Of a stretch of DNA of 23,052 nucleotides, positions 1 through 7,116 are shown in pieces; position 1 is the first letter of the stretch; every line of letters begins with the position of its first letter. The DNA comes from Patescibacteria group bacterium (GTDB lineage Bacteria > Patescibacteriota > Patescibacteriia > Patescibacteriales > UBA12465). The translations under genes and the position numbers were made by a program. The notes under the pieces are model-generated. The model did no database searches. It was given only the letters and a program-made list of their open reading frames with translations, and had not been told where the DNA came from. Location: positions 1 through 23,052 of the forward strand of contig JAVEZP010000006.1 in NCBI GenBank assembly GCA_034002925.1. The letters are read 5' to 3'.

Positions 1-18
1 TGATCTGTACCCCAAAAA

Positions 19-43
19 GTAGACACAAAATGTCTGCTTTTTT
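19..43 (+). terminator. Probable intrinsic terminator of an upstream (off-window) plus-strand gene
   Basis: Stem GTAGACA/TGTCTGC (7 bp, one T.G wobble) with loop CAAAA at 19-37, followed by TTTTTT at 38-43. Confidence 0.4.
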
Positions 44-58
44 GGTGTATTAAAACTA

Positions 59-67
59 TGCTATAAT
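59..67 (+). promoter_or_regulatory. Extended -10 promoter element TGcTATAAT; its distance to the ATG at 74 implies a leaderless transcript
   Basis: TG at 59-60, TATAAT at 62-67. Only 6 nt separate the -10 box from the start codon, so the predicted TSS falls at about the ATG. Confidence 0.4.
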
Positions 68-73
68 ACTCTT

Positions 74-529
74 ATGAATAAGAAAAAAGTTGGGAAAAAT
101 CAAATTGCTATATATCAAGCAAAAAATGGAGCCATTAAACTGCGTGCTGATTTTAATAAAGACACAGTTTGGGCTAGCCTAGATCAAGTTGCAAGTCTTT
201 TTGGTCGCGATAAATCTGTTATTTCTAGGCATATTAAAAATATTTTTAAAGATAAAGAATTGGAAGAGAGTTCAGTTGTTGCAAAAAATGCAACAACTGC
301 TAGAGACGGAAAAAGTTATAAAGTGGTTTTTTATAATTTAGATATGATTTTGTCCGTTGGATATAGAGTAAATTCAAAGATTGCAACTCAATTTAGAATC
401 TGGGCGACGAAAACATTAAAACAACATATTACCAAGGGCTATACTATCAATCCTGCTTTAATAAAAAACAAGTTTTATTTCAAAAAAAATCTTACTCATA
501 GTTTTTTTTTGAATTTTATAAGCAATTAG
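74..529 (+). CDS. RhuM-family (virulence-protein-like) N-terminal DNA-binding domain; truncated relative to full-length family members, probably frameshifted in the T9 run at 502-510
   Basis: The translation (…SLDQVASLFGRDKSVISRHIKNIF…YNLDMILSVGYRVNSKIATQFRIWATKTLKQHITKGY) matches the conserved N-terminal domain of the RhuM family, which is normally about 330 aa; this ORF stops at 151 aa. Frame 1 stays open from 502 to 747. Confidence 0.6.
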   Translation: MNKKKVGKNQIAIYQAKNGAIKLRADFNKDTVWASLDQVASLFGRDKSVISRHIKNIFKDKELEESSVVAKNATTARDGKSYKVVFYNLDMILSVGYRVNSKIATQFRIWATKTLKQHITKGYTINPALIKNKFYFKKNLTHSFFLNFISN

Positions 530-842
530 CTAGAGAGGCGGAAAAAGATTGTTCAGAAATGCAAAAGGTAATTAATCCATTATTACCTGAAAGAAATAAT
601 TTATTTAAAATGTATTTTACAGAAAATGTAATTGGCAAATATTCAATATATATTCCTGAATTAGCTTTAAATAATGTTTTAGAAAAAAAATGTGCCACCG
701 AAGAAAAACGAAAAGCCACTATTTCGATGATAGATAATATAGAATAAGGTTTGTGGTCTGTAAATAGGCTAGTAATAATATATTTGTGTATAAAATCTAT
801 AAACACTAGAACCCCTGGATAGTAATTTTTTATTGATCTATT

Positions 843-870
843 AAAAAAAGGCCATCCGAGAGGATAGCCT
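843..870 (-). terminator. Intrinsic terminator for the LysM membrane protein gene
   Basis: On the minus strand the stem AGGCTATCC/GGATGGCCT is 9 bp, a G.U wobble replaces the plus-strand C/A mismatch, the loop is TCTC, and TTTTTTT follows (plus-strand A-run at 843-849). It lies immediately 3' of the stop at 893. Confidence 0.6.
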
Positions 871-892
871 TATAATTTTTGCACCTTGACGA

Positions 893-1894
893 TTATTTCT
901 TCTTCTTGTCAATTTTAATTGACAGTTTAATATCTCCAGATTTTTCCTGGAAAGATATCTCAATCTGATTGCCAGCTTTATTCATTGATTCAATTATTTT
1001 AGCCAAGTCTATCAAATTGTTTGTAGTTTGAGATGGTGTGGTTTTTAAACTTTGAGCGCCATTTTCGTCAGTTTCTGTGAATACTCTTCCGGCTTCTTCG
1101 TCTTCATCGTATTGAATAAACCAACCATTCGGCAGCTGAAACTCATTGCTGCCAAAACCATTAGCACAAGCACTGCGAAAATGTTGTGTGCGACGAATAC
1201 CATTTTGATTTTCAATTACAGCGGTAGCTACTCTTTCGCCTGATTTTAACCAAACATTGCGATTAACATGATCACCAAATTCCATGTTTGTTTGAAATCC
1301 TTTTTGTTTTAAAGTGTTAGTGAGACTACCTCGGCGAAAATTAATAAGTCTCTCTCCAGGTAAAAGATAGCGGGTCATGATTGCTCTCAAATTTTCTTCT
1401 CGCGGCGTTGTGTCCATATTACTACCAACTGCTTGATAACGATCTGGGTCTTTAGCGCTTCTAAAACTATAACTCTTTAAAAATGCTAGTAGTAACCCAA
1501 GACCAAAAACAATCACAGTTAGGAGAAGCCACCAATTAAATTTTTTATTCGCACTGACTGGTGTGTCGACTGTTTCTTTAATTTTGATTTTAATGGTGTC
1601 AGCTGGAATGGTGAGCAATTGACCTTTTAAGTATTTTTCACTCAAACGCCAGAATGAATCGTGTTTGCCTTCTGATGGCTCGTCTGCTAACCAAACTTCA
1701 ATACCATAACCATTACGAGCTGGAAACAAGACAGTGTCACCGACATAAATTAGATTAGGGTTAACAAATCTGTCTTTGTTTAATTCAAGTGCTTGTTTAT
1801 ACACTTTTATTAATTGATTGTTGTCAATCTGAGACTGAGCCTCAATTAATGTGAAACTAGCCATAATGGCCATCATTAAAAAAATTTTTTTCAT
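893..1894 (-). CDS. Membrane protein with an N-terminal signal/anchor, a LysM-like peptidoglycan-binding motif, one internal TM helix and a C-terminal domain of unknown function
   Basis: The N-terminus is hydrophobic (MKKIFLMMAIMASFTLIEA). A LysM-like segment (YKQALELNKDRFVNPNLIYVGDTVLFP) follows, then a TM helix (WWLLLTVIVFGLGLLLAFL). The C-terminal 190 aa or so match no family I recognise. Confidence 0.55.
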   Translation of the reverse strand: MKKIFLMMAIMASFTLIEAQSQIDNNQLIKVYKQALELNKDRFVNPNLIYVGDTVLFPARNGYGIEVWLADEPSEGKHDSFWRLSEKYLKGQLLTIPADTIKIKIKETVDTPVSANKKFNWWLLLTVIVFGLGLLLAFLKSYSFRSAKDPDRYQAVGSNMDTTPREENLRAIMTRYLLPGERLINFRRGSLTNTLKQKGFQTNMEFGDHVNRNVWLKSGERVATAVIENQNGIRRTQHFRSACANGFGSNEFQLPNGWFIQYDEDEEAGRVFTETDENGAQSLKTTPSQTTNNLIDLAKIIESMNKAGNQIEISFQEKSGDIKLSIKIDKKKK

Positions 1895-1971
1895 TTTTTG
1901 TTGTTTTTAATGAACCGATAACACAACCCCCTGTGTCTTGGGATAGAAAAGTTGTTAATTTCTATGATTGC

Positions 1972-2000
1972 ATTATAACATAATAATATATATATGTCAA
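1972..2000 (-). promoter_or_regulatory. Consensus sigma70-like promoter for the LysM membrane protein gene (TTGACA-17 bp-TATAAT on the minus strand)
   Basis: Plus-strand TGTCAA at 1995-2000 reads TTGACA on the minus strand. Plus-strand ATTATA at 1972-1977 reads TATAAT on the minus strand. The spacer is exactly 17 bp, and the element sits about 70 nt upstream of the start at 1894. Confidence 0.5.
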
Positions 2001-2004
2001 GATA

Positions 2005-2033
2005 TTGACAAAATATTAAATATAGATTATTTT
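2005..2033 (+). promoter_or_regulatory. Candidate promoter for the flotillin gene (TTGACA -35, weak TATTTT -10)
   Basis: TTGACA at 2005-2010 is the right half of the palindrome TGTCAAgataTTGACA. A 17-bp spacer leads to TATTTT at 2028-2033. Confidence 0.35.
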
Positions 2034-2038
2034 AATGA

Positions 2039-2055
2039 GTTGCTAAAATAGCAAC
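2039..2055. promoter_or_regulatory. Perfect inverted repeat GTTGCTA-aaa-TAGCAAC (8-bp arms when the flanking A/T are included) between the promoter and the flotillin start; candidate operator
   Basis: AGTTGCTAaaaTAGCAACT at 2038-2056 is self-complementary with a 3-bp spacer. It lies about 30 bp downstream of the -35 box and 55 bp upstream of the ATG at 2112. Confidence 0.35.
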
Positions 2056-2111
2056 TTTCATCACATTTTGTCATGAAAAAATAGTTCATAAACAATCTAA
2101 ATTCATTTACT

Positions 2112-3449
2112 ATGGAAAGTGTTTCAATGTTTCTTCCGATTATTGCTGTCTTGGGCGGCGTCTTTGTTATTTGGGTTTTTCTGGCCATCTTCTATCGTAC
2201 AGTTGTGCCGACCAATATGGTGCACATTGTGCAAAGTAAAAAATCAACTACTTCCTATGGCACCGGTCAAGAAGGTAGTAATGTGTATTATGCTTGGCCA
2301 TCTTGGATTCCTGGTTTTGGGGTTACTGTTATCAAATTACCAGTTTCAAATTTTGATCTTTCATTGAAAGATTATGAGGCTTATGATAAAGATCGTGTGC
2401 CTTTTATGGTTGACGTTACCGCTTTCTTTCGCATCAAGGATACCAGTAAGGCCGCTCAGCGCGTCGAAAGTATCGCTGAACTGCAAGGACAATTATTATT
2501 GATTGTACAAGGCGCGGTTAGAAAAGTTTTGGCATCTGATAATATCGATGCCATTATGCTTGAGCGTTCAAAGTTTGGCGAACAGTTTACTTCTGAGGTC
2601 AGTGAGCAGTTGGCTGAATGGGGGATTGAATCTGTGAAATCGATGGAGCTTATGGATATCCGTGATGGTCATGGTGGTAAAGTTATTTCTAATATTATGG
2701 CTAAAAAAACTTCTCATATTGAGATGGAGAGCCGTAAGGAGGTGGCTGCCAACACTCAGGCTGCTGAGACTGCCGAAATTGAAGCACGGCAAATTGTGGA
2801 AATTCGTCGTCAGGAATCTGAAGAGGCAATTGGTCAGCGTACGGCCGATAAAGAAAAGACCATCGGTATTGCCAAAGAATTATCACAACAAGAGGTTCTG
2901 TCTCAGGCTAAAGAAACTAAAACCCGTGACATGGAAGTAAGACGTGTCGAGACAGTGAAATTGGCAGAAATAACCAAGGATGAGCAAATTGTGTTTGCTG
3001 AGCAAACCAAACAAACCACAGTTATTACTGCCGAAGGAGAGCTTGAAGCTAAGAAAAAAGAAGCTGAAGGTATTACCGTTGAAGGTGCTGCTAGAGCTGA
3101 AGCTGAAAAACTGATGCAACTTGCTCCAGTTGAAGCCATGATTGCTCTCGCGCACGAAATTGGCACTAATGCCAATTATCAACAATATCTGGCTACCATT
3201 GAAGGCATTAAAGCATATTTGACTGTTGGGTCACAACAAGCAGAAGCATTGCAACATGCGGATGTTAAAATTATTGCTAACGCTGGTGATGCTGTTAGTG
3301 GCATGAATAATGTCATGGATATGTTTACTAGCAAGGGTGGCACTAATTTATCTTCCATGGTTGAAGCTTTTGCTCAAACTCCAATGGGAAAGGCTGTTCT
3401 TGATGCTATTGGTGTTATCAAAGATGGCCCCAAGAAAGAGAAAGAATAA
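2112..3449 (+). CDS. Flotillin-like SPFH/band-7 domain protein (FloT/YqiK type)
   Basis: The protein has an N-terminal TM helix, an SPFH core (…VPFMVDVTAFFRIKD…), a long Glu/Ala/Gln/Lys-rich coiled-coil region typical of flotillins, and a C-terminal tail. Confidence 0.8.
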   Translation: MESVSMFLPIIAVLGGVFVIWVFLAIFYRTVVPTNMVHIVQSKKSTTSYGTGQEGSNVYYAWPSWIPGFGVTVIKLPVSNFDLSLKDYEAYDKDRVPFMVDVTAFFRIKDTSKAAQRVESIAELQGQLLLIVQGAVRKVLASDNIDAIMLERSKFGEQFTSEVSEQLAEWGIESVKSMELMDIRDGHGGKVISNIMAKKTSHIEMESRKEVAANTQAAETAEIEARQIVEIRRQESEEAIGQRTADKEKTIGIAKELSQQEVLSQAKETKTRDMEVRRVETVKLAEITKDEQIVFAEQTKQTTVITAEGELEAKKKEAEGITVEGAARAEAEKLMQLAPVEAMIALAHEIGTNANYQQYLATIEGIKAYLTVGSQQAEALQHADVKIIANAGDAVSGMNNVMDMFTSKGGTNLSSMVEAFAQTPMGKAVLDAIGVIKDGPKKEKE

Positions 3450-3463
3450 AATTTAAGATAGTG

Positions 3464-3496
3464 GTCCGAGTGCAATTTGTGCTCGGACTTTTTATT
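3464..3496 (+). terminator. Intrinsic terminator after the flotillin gene
   Basis: GTCCGAGTGC…GTGCTCGGAC forms a stem of about 10 bp with 2 G.U pairs and loop AATTT, followed by TTTTTATT. Confidence 0.6.
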
Positions 3497-3584
3497 AGAT
3501 TATAATAATTCACATGCACAAAAGTGGGTTCTTATATATAAAATTAGAGAATTTTTTATATTTTTTTTATATTTCAGAAAAGCG

Positions 3585-3593
3585 TGATATAAT
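3585..3593 (+). promoter_or_regulatory. Extended -10 promoter TGaTATAAT for the 3614 gene
   Basis: TG at 3585-3586 and TATAAT at 3588-3593, about 20 nt upstream of the ATG at 3614. Confidence 0.4.
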
Positions 3594-3613
3594 ATAAACA
3601 TAATATTTATTAT

Positions 3614-4252
3614 ATGAAAAAAATTAATAAGATAATTTTAATAATTATCATTGTAGCTTTGTTTCTTTTTTTGGCTTTATGGTTGTTAAATCGTTACATT
3701 TATGAAGCGAAACAAGCTGATGAGCCAATAAATTCTCAAGAGATTAGTTCTTTTGAAGATTGCGTAGCGGCTGGTTATCCAATGATGGAATCCTATCCAC
3801 GACAATGCTCAACGGCTGATGGACTTCATTTTACCGAAATAATTGAAGCAAATAGTGATCCTAGTTTAAATTTTCAAGTACCAGATACGAGCAGTTTCCA
3901 ATATGCTTCTTTTCGAGACTGGCAATTTGATGCTTTGCCATTTGACACCTCAATGGAATTAAATTGTGAAGTAACTGATTTGGCAGCTAGTCAAAATTTA
4001 CGTCGCTTTGAAGCGATGATTAATGATGTCGCATATTGTATAGAAGCTAGTAGTGAGGGCGCAGCTGGTTCGGTCTATACCGAATATAAATATACTCGTA
4101 TTTTAGGAGATTATTTAGTAAATGCTAGATTTACCGTGCAATATCCTAATTGTCAAAATTATAGTGACGCTGAGGCTTTAGCTTGTAGCGAGGAAAGGGA
4201 AAATATGAATATGGATGACATAATTGCTTCTATCTTTCATAATCTAAATTAA
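3614..4252 (+). CDS. Membrane-anchored cysteine-containing (6 Cys) extracytoplasmic protein of unknown function
   Basis: A single N-terminal TM helix (IILIIIIVALFLFLALWLL) is followed by a soluble domain with 6 Cys. It matches no family I recognise. Confidence 0.5.
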   Translation: MKKINKIILIIIIVALFLFLALWLLNRYIYEAKQADEPINSQEISSFEDCVAAGYPMMESYPRQCSTADGLHFTEIIEANSDPSLNFQVPDTSSFQYASFRDWQFDALPFDTSMELNCEVTDLAASQNLRRFEAMINDVAYCIEASSEGAAGSVYTEYKYTRILGDYLVNARFTVQYPNCQNYSDAEALACSEERENMNMDDIIASIFHNLN

Positions 4253-4265
4253 TTTATTAATAAAT

Positions 4266-4610
4266 ATGACTATTATTCTTAAATGGCTGTCTTCAGCCTT
4301 GGCCGTCCTTATCGTTGCTTATATTCTACCGGGGGTAGAAGTAGCTGGTTTGTGGACAGCTTTAATTTTAGCAGCTCTTTTGGGTCTTTTTAATGTTTCT
4401 ATTAAGCCAATTTTAATAGTGTTAACCTTGCCAATAAATATTTTAACTTTAGGTTTATTTACTTTTGTGATTAATGCTCTTATCATTCTTTTAGCTTCCA
4501 GCATGGTTAAAGGTTTTATTGTCGGTGGCTTCTTTAATGCTTTATTATTTGGCCTATTTCTCACTGTTATTCAAGAGTTATTTGAATTATTACAAAAAAA
4601 GACTGCTTAA
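4266..4610 (+). CDS. DUF360 / phage-holin-family-4_2-like small membrane protein
   Basis: The 114-aa protein has 3-4 TM segments and the family-typical pattern …ILPGVEVAGLWTALILAALLGLFNVSIKPILIVLTLPINILTLGLFTFVINALII…. Confidence 0.6.
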   Translation: MTIILKWLSSALAVLIVAYILPGVEVAGLWTALILAALLGLFNVSIKPILIVLTLPINILTLGLFTFVINALIILLASSMVKGFIVGGFFNALLFGLFLTVIQELFELLQKKTA

Positions 4611-4634
4611 TTAACAGATTAATTAAACAAAAAA

Positions 4635-4655
4635 GCCGGTTAATACCGGTTTTTT
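4635..4655. terminator. Bidirectional intrinsic terminator between the convergent genes ending at 4610 (+) and 4659 (-)
   Basis: GCCGGT-taat-ACCGGT is flanked by AAAAAA upstream and TTTTT downstream. Confidence 0.65.
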
Positions 4656-4658
4656 ATT

Positions 4659-5795
4659 TTATTTAATAGCTTGAGAGACTGCTTGAACTACCCGTTTGTC
4701 AAAAGGATCAGGAAGAATATATTCTGGTCTTGGTTCAGCTACGAGAGCGGCGAGATTATGAGCTGCTTGAATTAACATTGCGTCAGTGATTTGAGCTACT
4801 TGATTATCAATCGCACCTCGAAAGATTCCAGGAAAGGCTAAGACATTATTAACTTGATTAGGGAAATCGCTTCTACCACTAGCTACAATAAAAGCTCCAG
4901 CTTCTTTAGCTTCTGCGGGCATAATTTCAGGCACAGGATTAGCGAGAGCAAAAATAATAGCTTGAGGGGCCATGCTTTTAATCATGTCTGCGCTTAATAG
5001 CCCAGGACCGCTAACACCAATGAAAACATCGCTACCTACTAATATTTCAGCTAGAGCACCTCTTTGTTTTTTGGGATTGCTAAAAGAGGCTAAATCCGCT
5101 TTACTATCATTTAAATCAGGTCTGCCTTGATAGATAGCTCCTTGTTTGTCACAGACAATAATATTTTTAAAGTGAGCTTGATGCAAGAGGTCGGCAATGG
5201 CGCTTCCAGCTGAGCCGGCGCCATTGATAACAATTTTAGCCTCTTCTTTAGCTAGATTTTTTAACTTTAAGGCATTAATTAAGGCTGCTAGAACGACAGT
5301 AGCGGTGCCGTGCTGATCGTCATGCATGATAGGGATATCTAGTTCGGCTTTTAATCTTTTTTCAATACTAAAACAACGAGGAGCAGATATATCTTCTAAA
5401 TTAATAGCTCCAAAAACAGGAGCAATTTTTTTTATAGTTTGAATAATTTCTTCTTCATCTTGAGTGTCTAGGCAAATAGGGAAGGCATCTAAAGCCGCAA
5501 ACTCTTTAAAGAGAATGCACTTGCCTTCCATAACTGGAATGGCTGCTTGAGCGCCGATGTTACCTAAACCTAAGACAGCGCTGCCATCGCTGATAACAGC
5601 CACAGTATTGCCTTTAAGGGTAAGGGCTTTAGTTTGCTTGGGGTCTTGAGAAATCACTCGACAGGCTTCAGCTACACCTGGGGTGTAAGCTAAAGATAGG
5701 TCGTGTTTAGAAGTTAGAGCCACTTTACTGTTAGTAGCTAGTTTGCCTTGATGTTTTAAGTGCAAGGCTAAAGACTCTTCATATATATCAGACAT
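4659..5795 (-). CDS. NAD(P)-dependent malic enzyme (malate dehydrogenase, oxaloacetate-decarboxylating), short form
   Basis: Conserved malic-enzyme motifs are present: …LSLAYTPGVA…, a dinucleotide-binding GAGSAG, and …FALANPVPEI…. The length (about 380 aa) matches the short bacterial form that lacks the PTA domain. Confidence 0.9.
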   Translation of the reverse strand: MSDIYEESLALHLKHQGKLATNSKVALTSKHDLSLAYTPGVAEACRVISQDPKQTKALTLKGNTVAVISDGSAVLGLGNIGAQAAIPVMEGKCILFKEFAALDAFPICLDTQDEEEIIQTIKKIAPVFGAINLEDISAPRCFSIEKRLKAELDIPIMHDDQHGTATVVLAALINALKLKNLAKEEAKIVINGAGSAGSAIADLLHQAHFKNIIVCDKQGAIYQGRPDLNDSKADLASFSNPKKQRGALAEILVGSDVFIGVSGPGLLSADMIKSMAPQAIIFALANPVPEIMPAEAKEAGAFIVASGRSDFPNQVNNVLAFPGIFRGAIDNQVAQITDAMLIQAAHNLAALVAEPRPEYILPDPFDKRVVQAVSQAIK

Positions 5796-5823
5796 AGAGA
5801 TAGAAGGTTAGTAATAAATATAA

Positions 5824-5852
5824 ATTATGCTCCTTGTTGTCTTAGTTGTCAA
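5824..5852 (-). promoter_or_regulatory. Candidate promoter for the malic enzyme gene (minus strand: TTGACA-17-CATAAT)
   Basis: Plus-strand TGTCAA at 5847-5852 reads TTGACA on the minus strand. After a 17-bp spacer, plus-strand ATTATG at 5824-5829 reads CATAAT. The -35 box lies inside the proximal GTTGTCAAAT direct repeat. Confidence 0.4.
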
Positions 5853-5898
5853 ATCGGTTGTCAAATTATAGCTCAGAGTTTTTTTATCTCTTTGAATG

Positions 5899-5907
5899 TG
5901 TTATAAT
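5899..5907 (+). promoter_or_regulatory. Extended -10 promoter TGtTATAAT for the 5929..10337 operon
   Basis: TG at 5899-5900 and TATAAT at 5902-5907, about 22 nt upstream of the ATG at 5929. Confidence 0.45.
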
Positions 5908-5928
5908 TAAGCAATAGTAGCTAATTTT

Positions 5929-7101
5929 ATGACACAAGTACAAAAGTTTTATCTGGCTTCTTTTTTAAAGAACCAGATTTATTTCGTACCCGTAATTGTT
6001 TTATTCTTTCAAGATTTAGGCTTAAATTATAGTCAGATTTTTTGGATTTTTACGATTGGGGCAGCTTTTTCTTTTCTAATAGAAATACCAACTGGCGTGA
6101 TAGCTGATCTTTATGGTAATCGTCGTAGTATTATTTTGTCTAAGTTTTTAATCTTTGTTAGTTTTATTGCTTTTGCTTTTTCTTTTAATTTTTTAACTCT
6201 TTTAATTGCTAATCTGCTCTATGAATTAGGTAAAAGTTTTCGCTCTGGCACAGAAACGGCTTATGTCTATAATTATTTAGCTGAGAACAAAGAGGCACCT
6301 AGTTATACTGTGGTTAAAGCTAATCAAAAGTTTTATGCTCGTCTATCAGAGAGTTTAGGAGCTTTATTGGGTGGTTTTTTAGCTTATTATTTAGGTTTCA
6401 CTTGGGTCTTTTTCATTGCCGCTCTACCAGCTTTTATTAATTTTATTCAAACTTTAAGTTGGGAGAAATTAAAAGAAGCAGATCAGGGTGTTGAAAAAAG
6501 TTGGCAGAATAGTTATCTTTTTATTGTTTCCGCTTTTAAAGTTTTAAAAGAGAATAAGATAGCGCAGAGAATTATTGTGAATATTAGTCTGTTTTCTGCT
6601 TCTTTTGTGGCTCTGGATAAATTTGTCCAGCCTTATATGAAAAATGTGGGCTTGGATTTACAATATTTTGGTGTGGTTTATGCGGTTTTTTTAATTATTA
6701 TTGCTTTTTTAGTAAAAAAAGCAGTGAAACTAGAAGAGCGCTGGGGCGCCGCCAGAATTATGAATTATTCTGGTCTATTAGCTTTTATTCCCCTATTAAT
6801 CTTAGCTAGTGGTTTACAATCAATTTGGGCAGTGGCATTATTCTTCTTTGTTTTAATGATTGCTAATTTCCGCTCTCCGGTGGCCAATACTTTATTTCAT
6901 GAACAAGTAGCTTCGAATCAAAGAGCGACGATGGGTTCAATTTTAGCGCTTTTTACTTCTTTAAATCAATTATGGATCTTGCCAATTATTGGTTATTTAG
7001 CTGATTGGCGATCAATGAGTTTTTCTATTTTGATTCTTGCTTTTTTAATCCTCATGAATGCTTTATTTTTCTGGATCAAGCCTCTAAAAATTGTTAATTA
7101 A
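5929..7101 (+). CDS. Major facilitator superfamily transporter
   Basis: About 12 predicted TM helices. The MFS loop signature …GVIADLYGNRRS… sits between TM2 and TM3. Confidence 0.7.
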   Translation: MTQVQKFYLASFLKNQIYFVPVIVLFFQDLGLNYSQIFWIFTIGAAFSFLIEIPTGVIADLYGNRRSIILSKFLIFVSFIAFAFSFNFLTLLIANLLYELGKSFRSGTETAYVYNYLAENKEAPSYTVVKANQKFYARLSESLGALLGGFLAYYLGFTWVFFIAALPAFINFIQTLSWEKLKEADQGVEKSWQNSYLFIVSAFKVLKENKIAQRIIVNISLFSASFVALDKFVQPYMKNVGLDLQYFGVVYAVFLIIIAFLVKKAVKLEERWGAARIMNYSGLLAFIPLLILASGLQSIWAVALFFFVLMIANFRSPVANTLFHEQVASNQRATMGSILALFTSLNQLWILPIIGYLADWRSMSFSILILAFLILMNALFFWIKPLKIVN

Positions 7102-7116
7102 TTTTTTAATGTTTCT

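Noticed and set aside
516-806. 96-aa minus-strand ORF overlapping the RhuM 3' region
   Set aside because: It lies in a very AT-rich stretch (Ile/Phe/Lys-rich translation) and overlaps the probable continuation of the RhuM frame. It has no promoter or terminator logic, so it is most likely a chance ORF.
1052-1243. 63-aa plus-strand ORF antisense to the LysM membrane protein gene
   Set aside because: Fully internal to a longer, better-supported CDS on the opposite strand; hydrophobic junk translation.
2700-3100. Low-complexity GAA/GCT-rich DNA that could be taken for a tandem repeat or a CRISPR-like array
   Set aside because: It encodes the Glu/Ala/Lys/Gln-rich coiled coil of flotillin. There are no regularly spaced identical repeats with unique spacers.
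2119-3185. Cluster of short ORFs in alternative frames and on the opposite strand inside the flotillin gene (2119..2367 +, 2568..2792 -, 2662..2940 +, 2701..2886 -, 2883..3185 -, 2903..3175 -)
   Set aside because: All are embedded in the well-supported flotillin CDS. They arise because the GAA/GCT-rich coiled-coil coding sequence leaves other frames open. No independent coding evidence.
4319-4564. 81-aa minus-strand ORF antisense to the DUF360 gene
   Set aside because: Lys/Pro/Ile-rich antisense translation inside a conserved small membrane protein gene.
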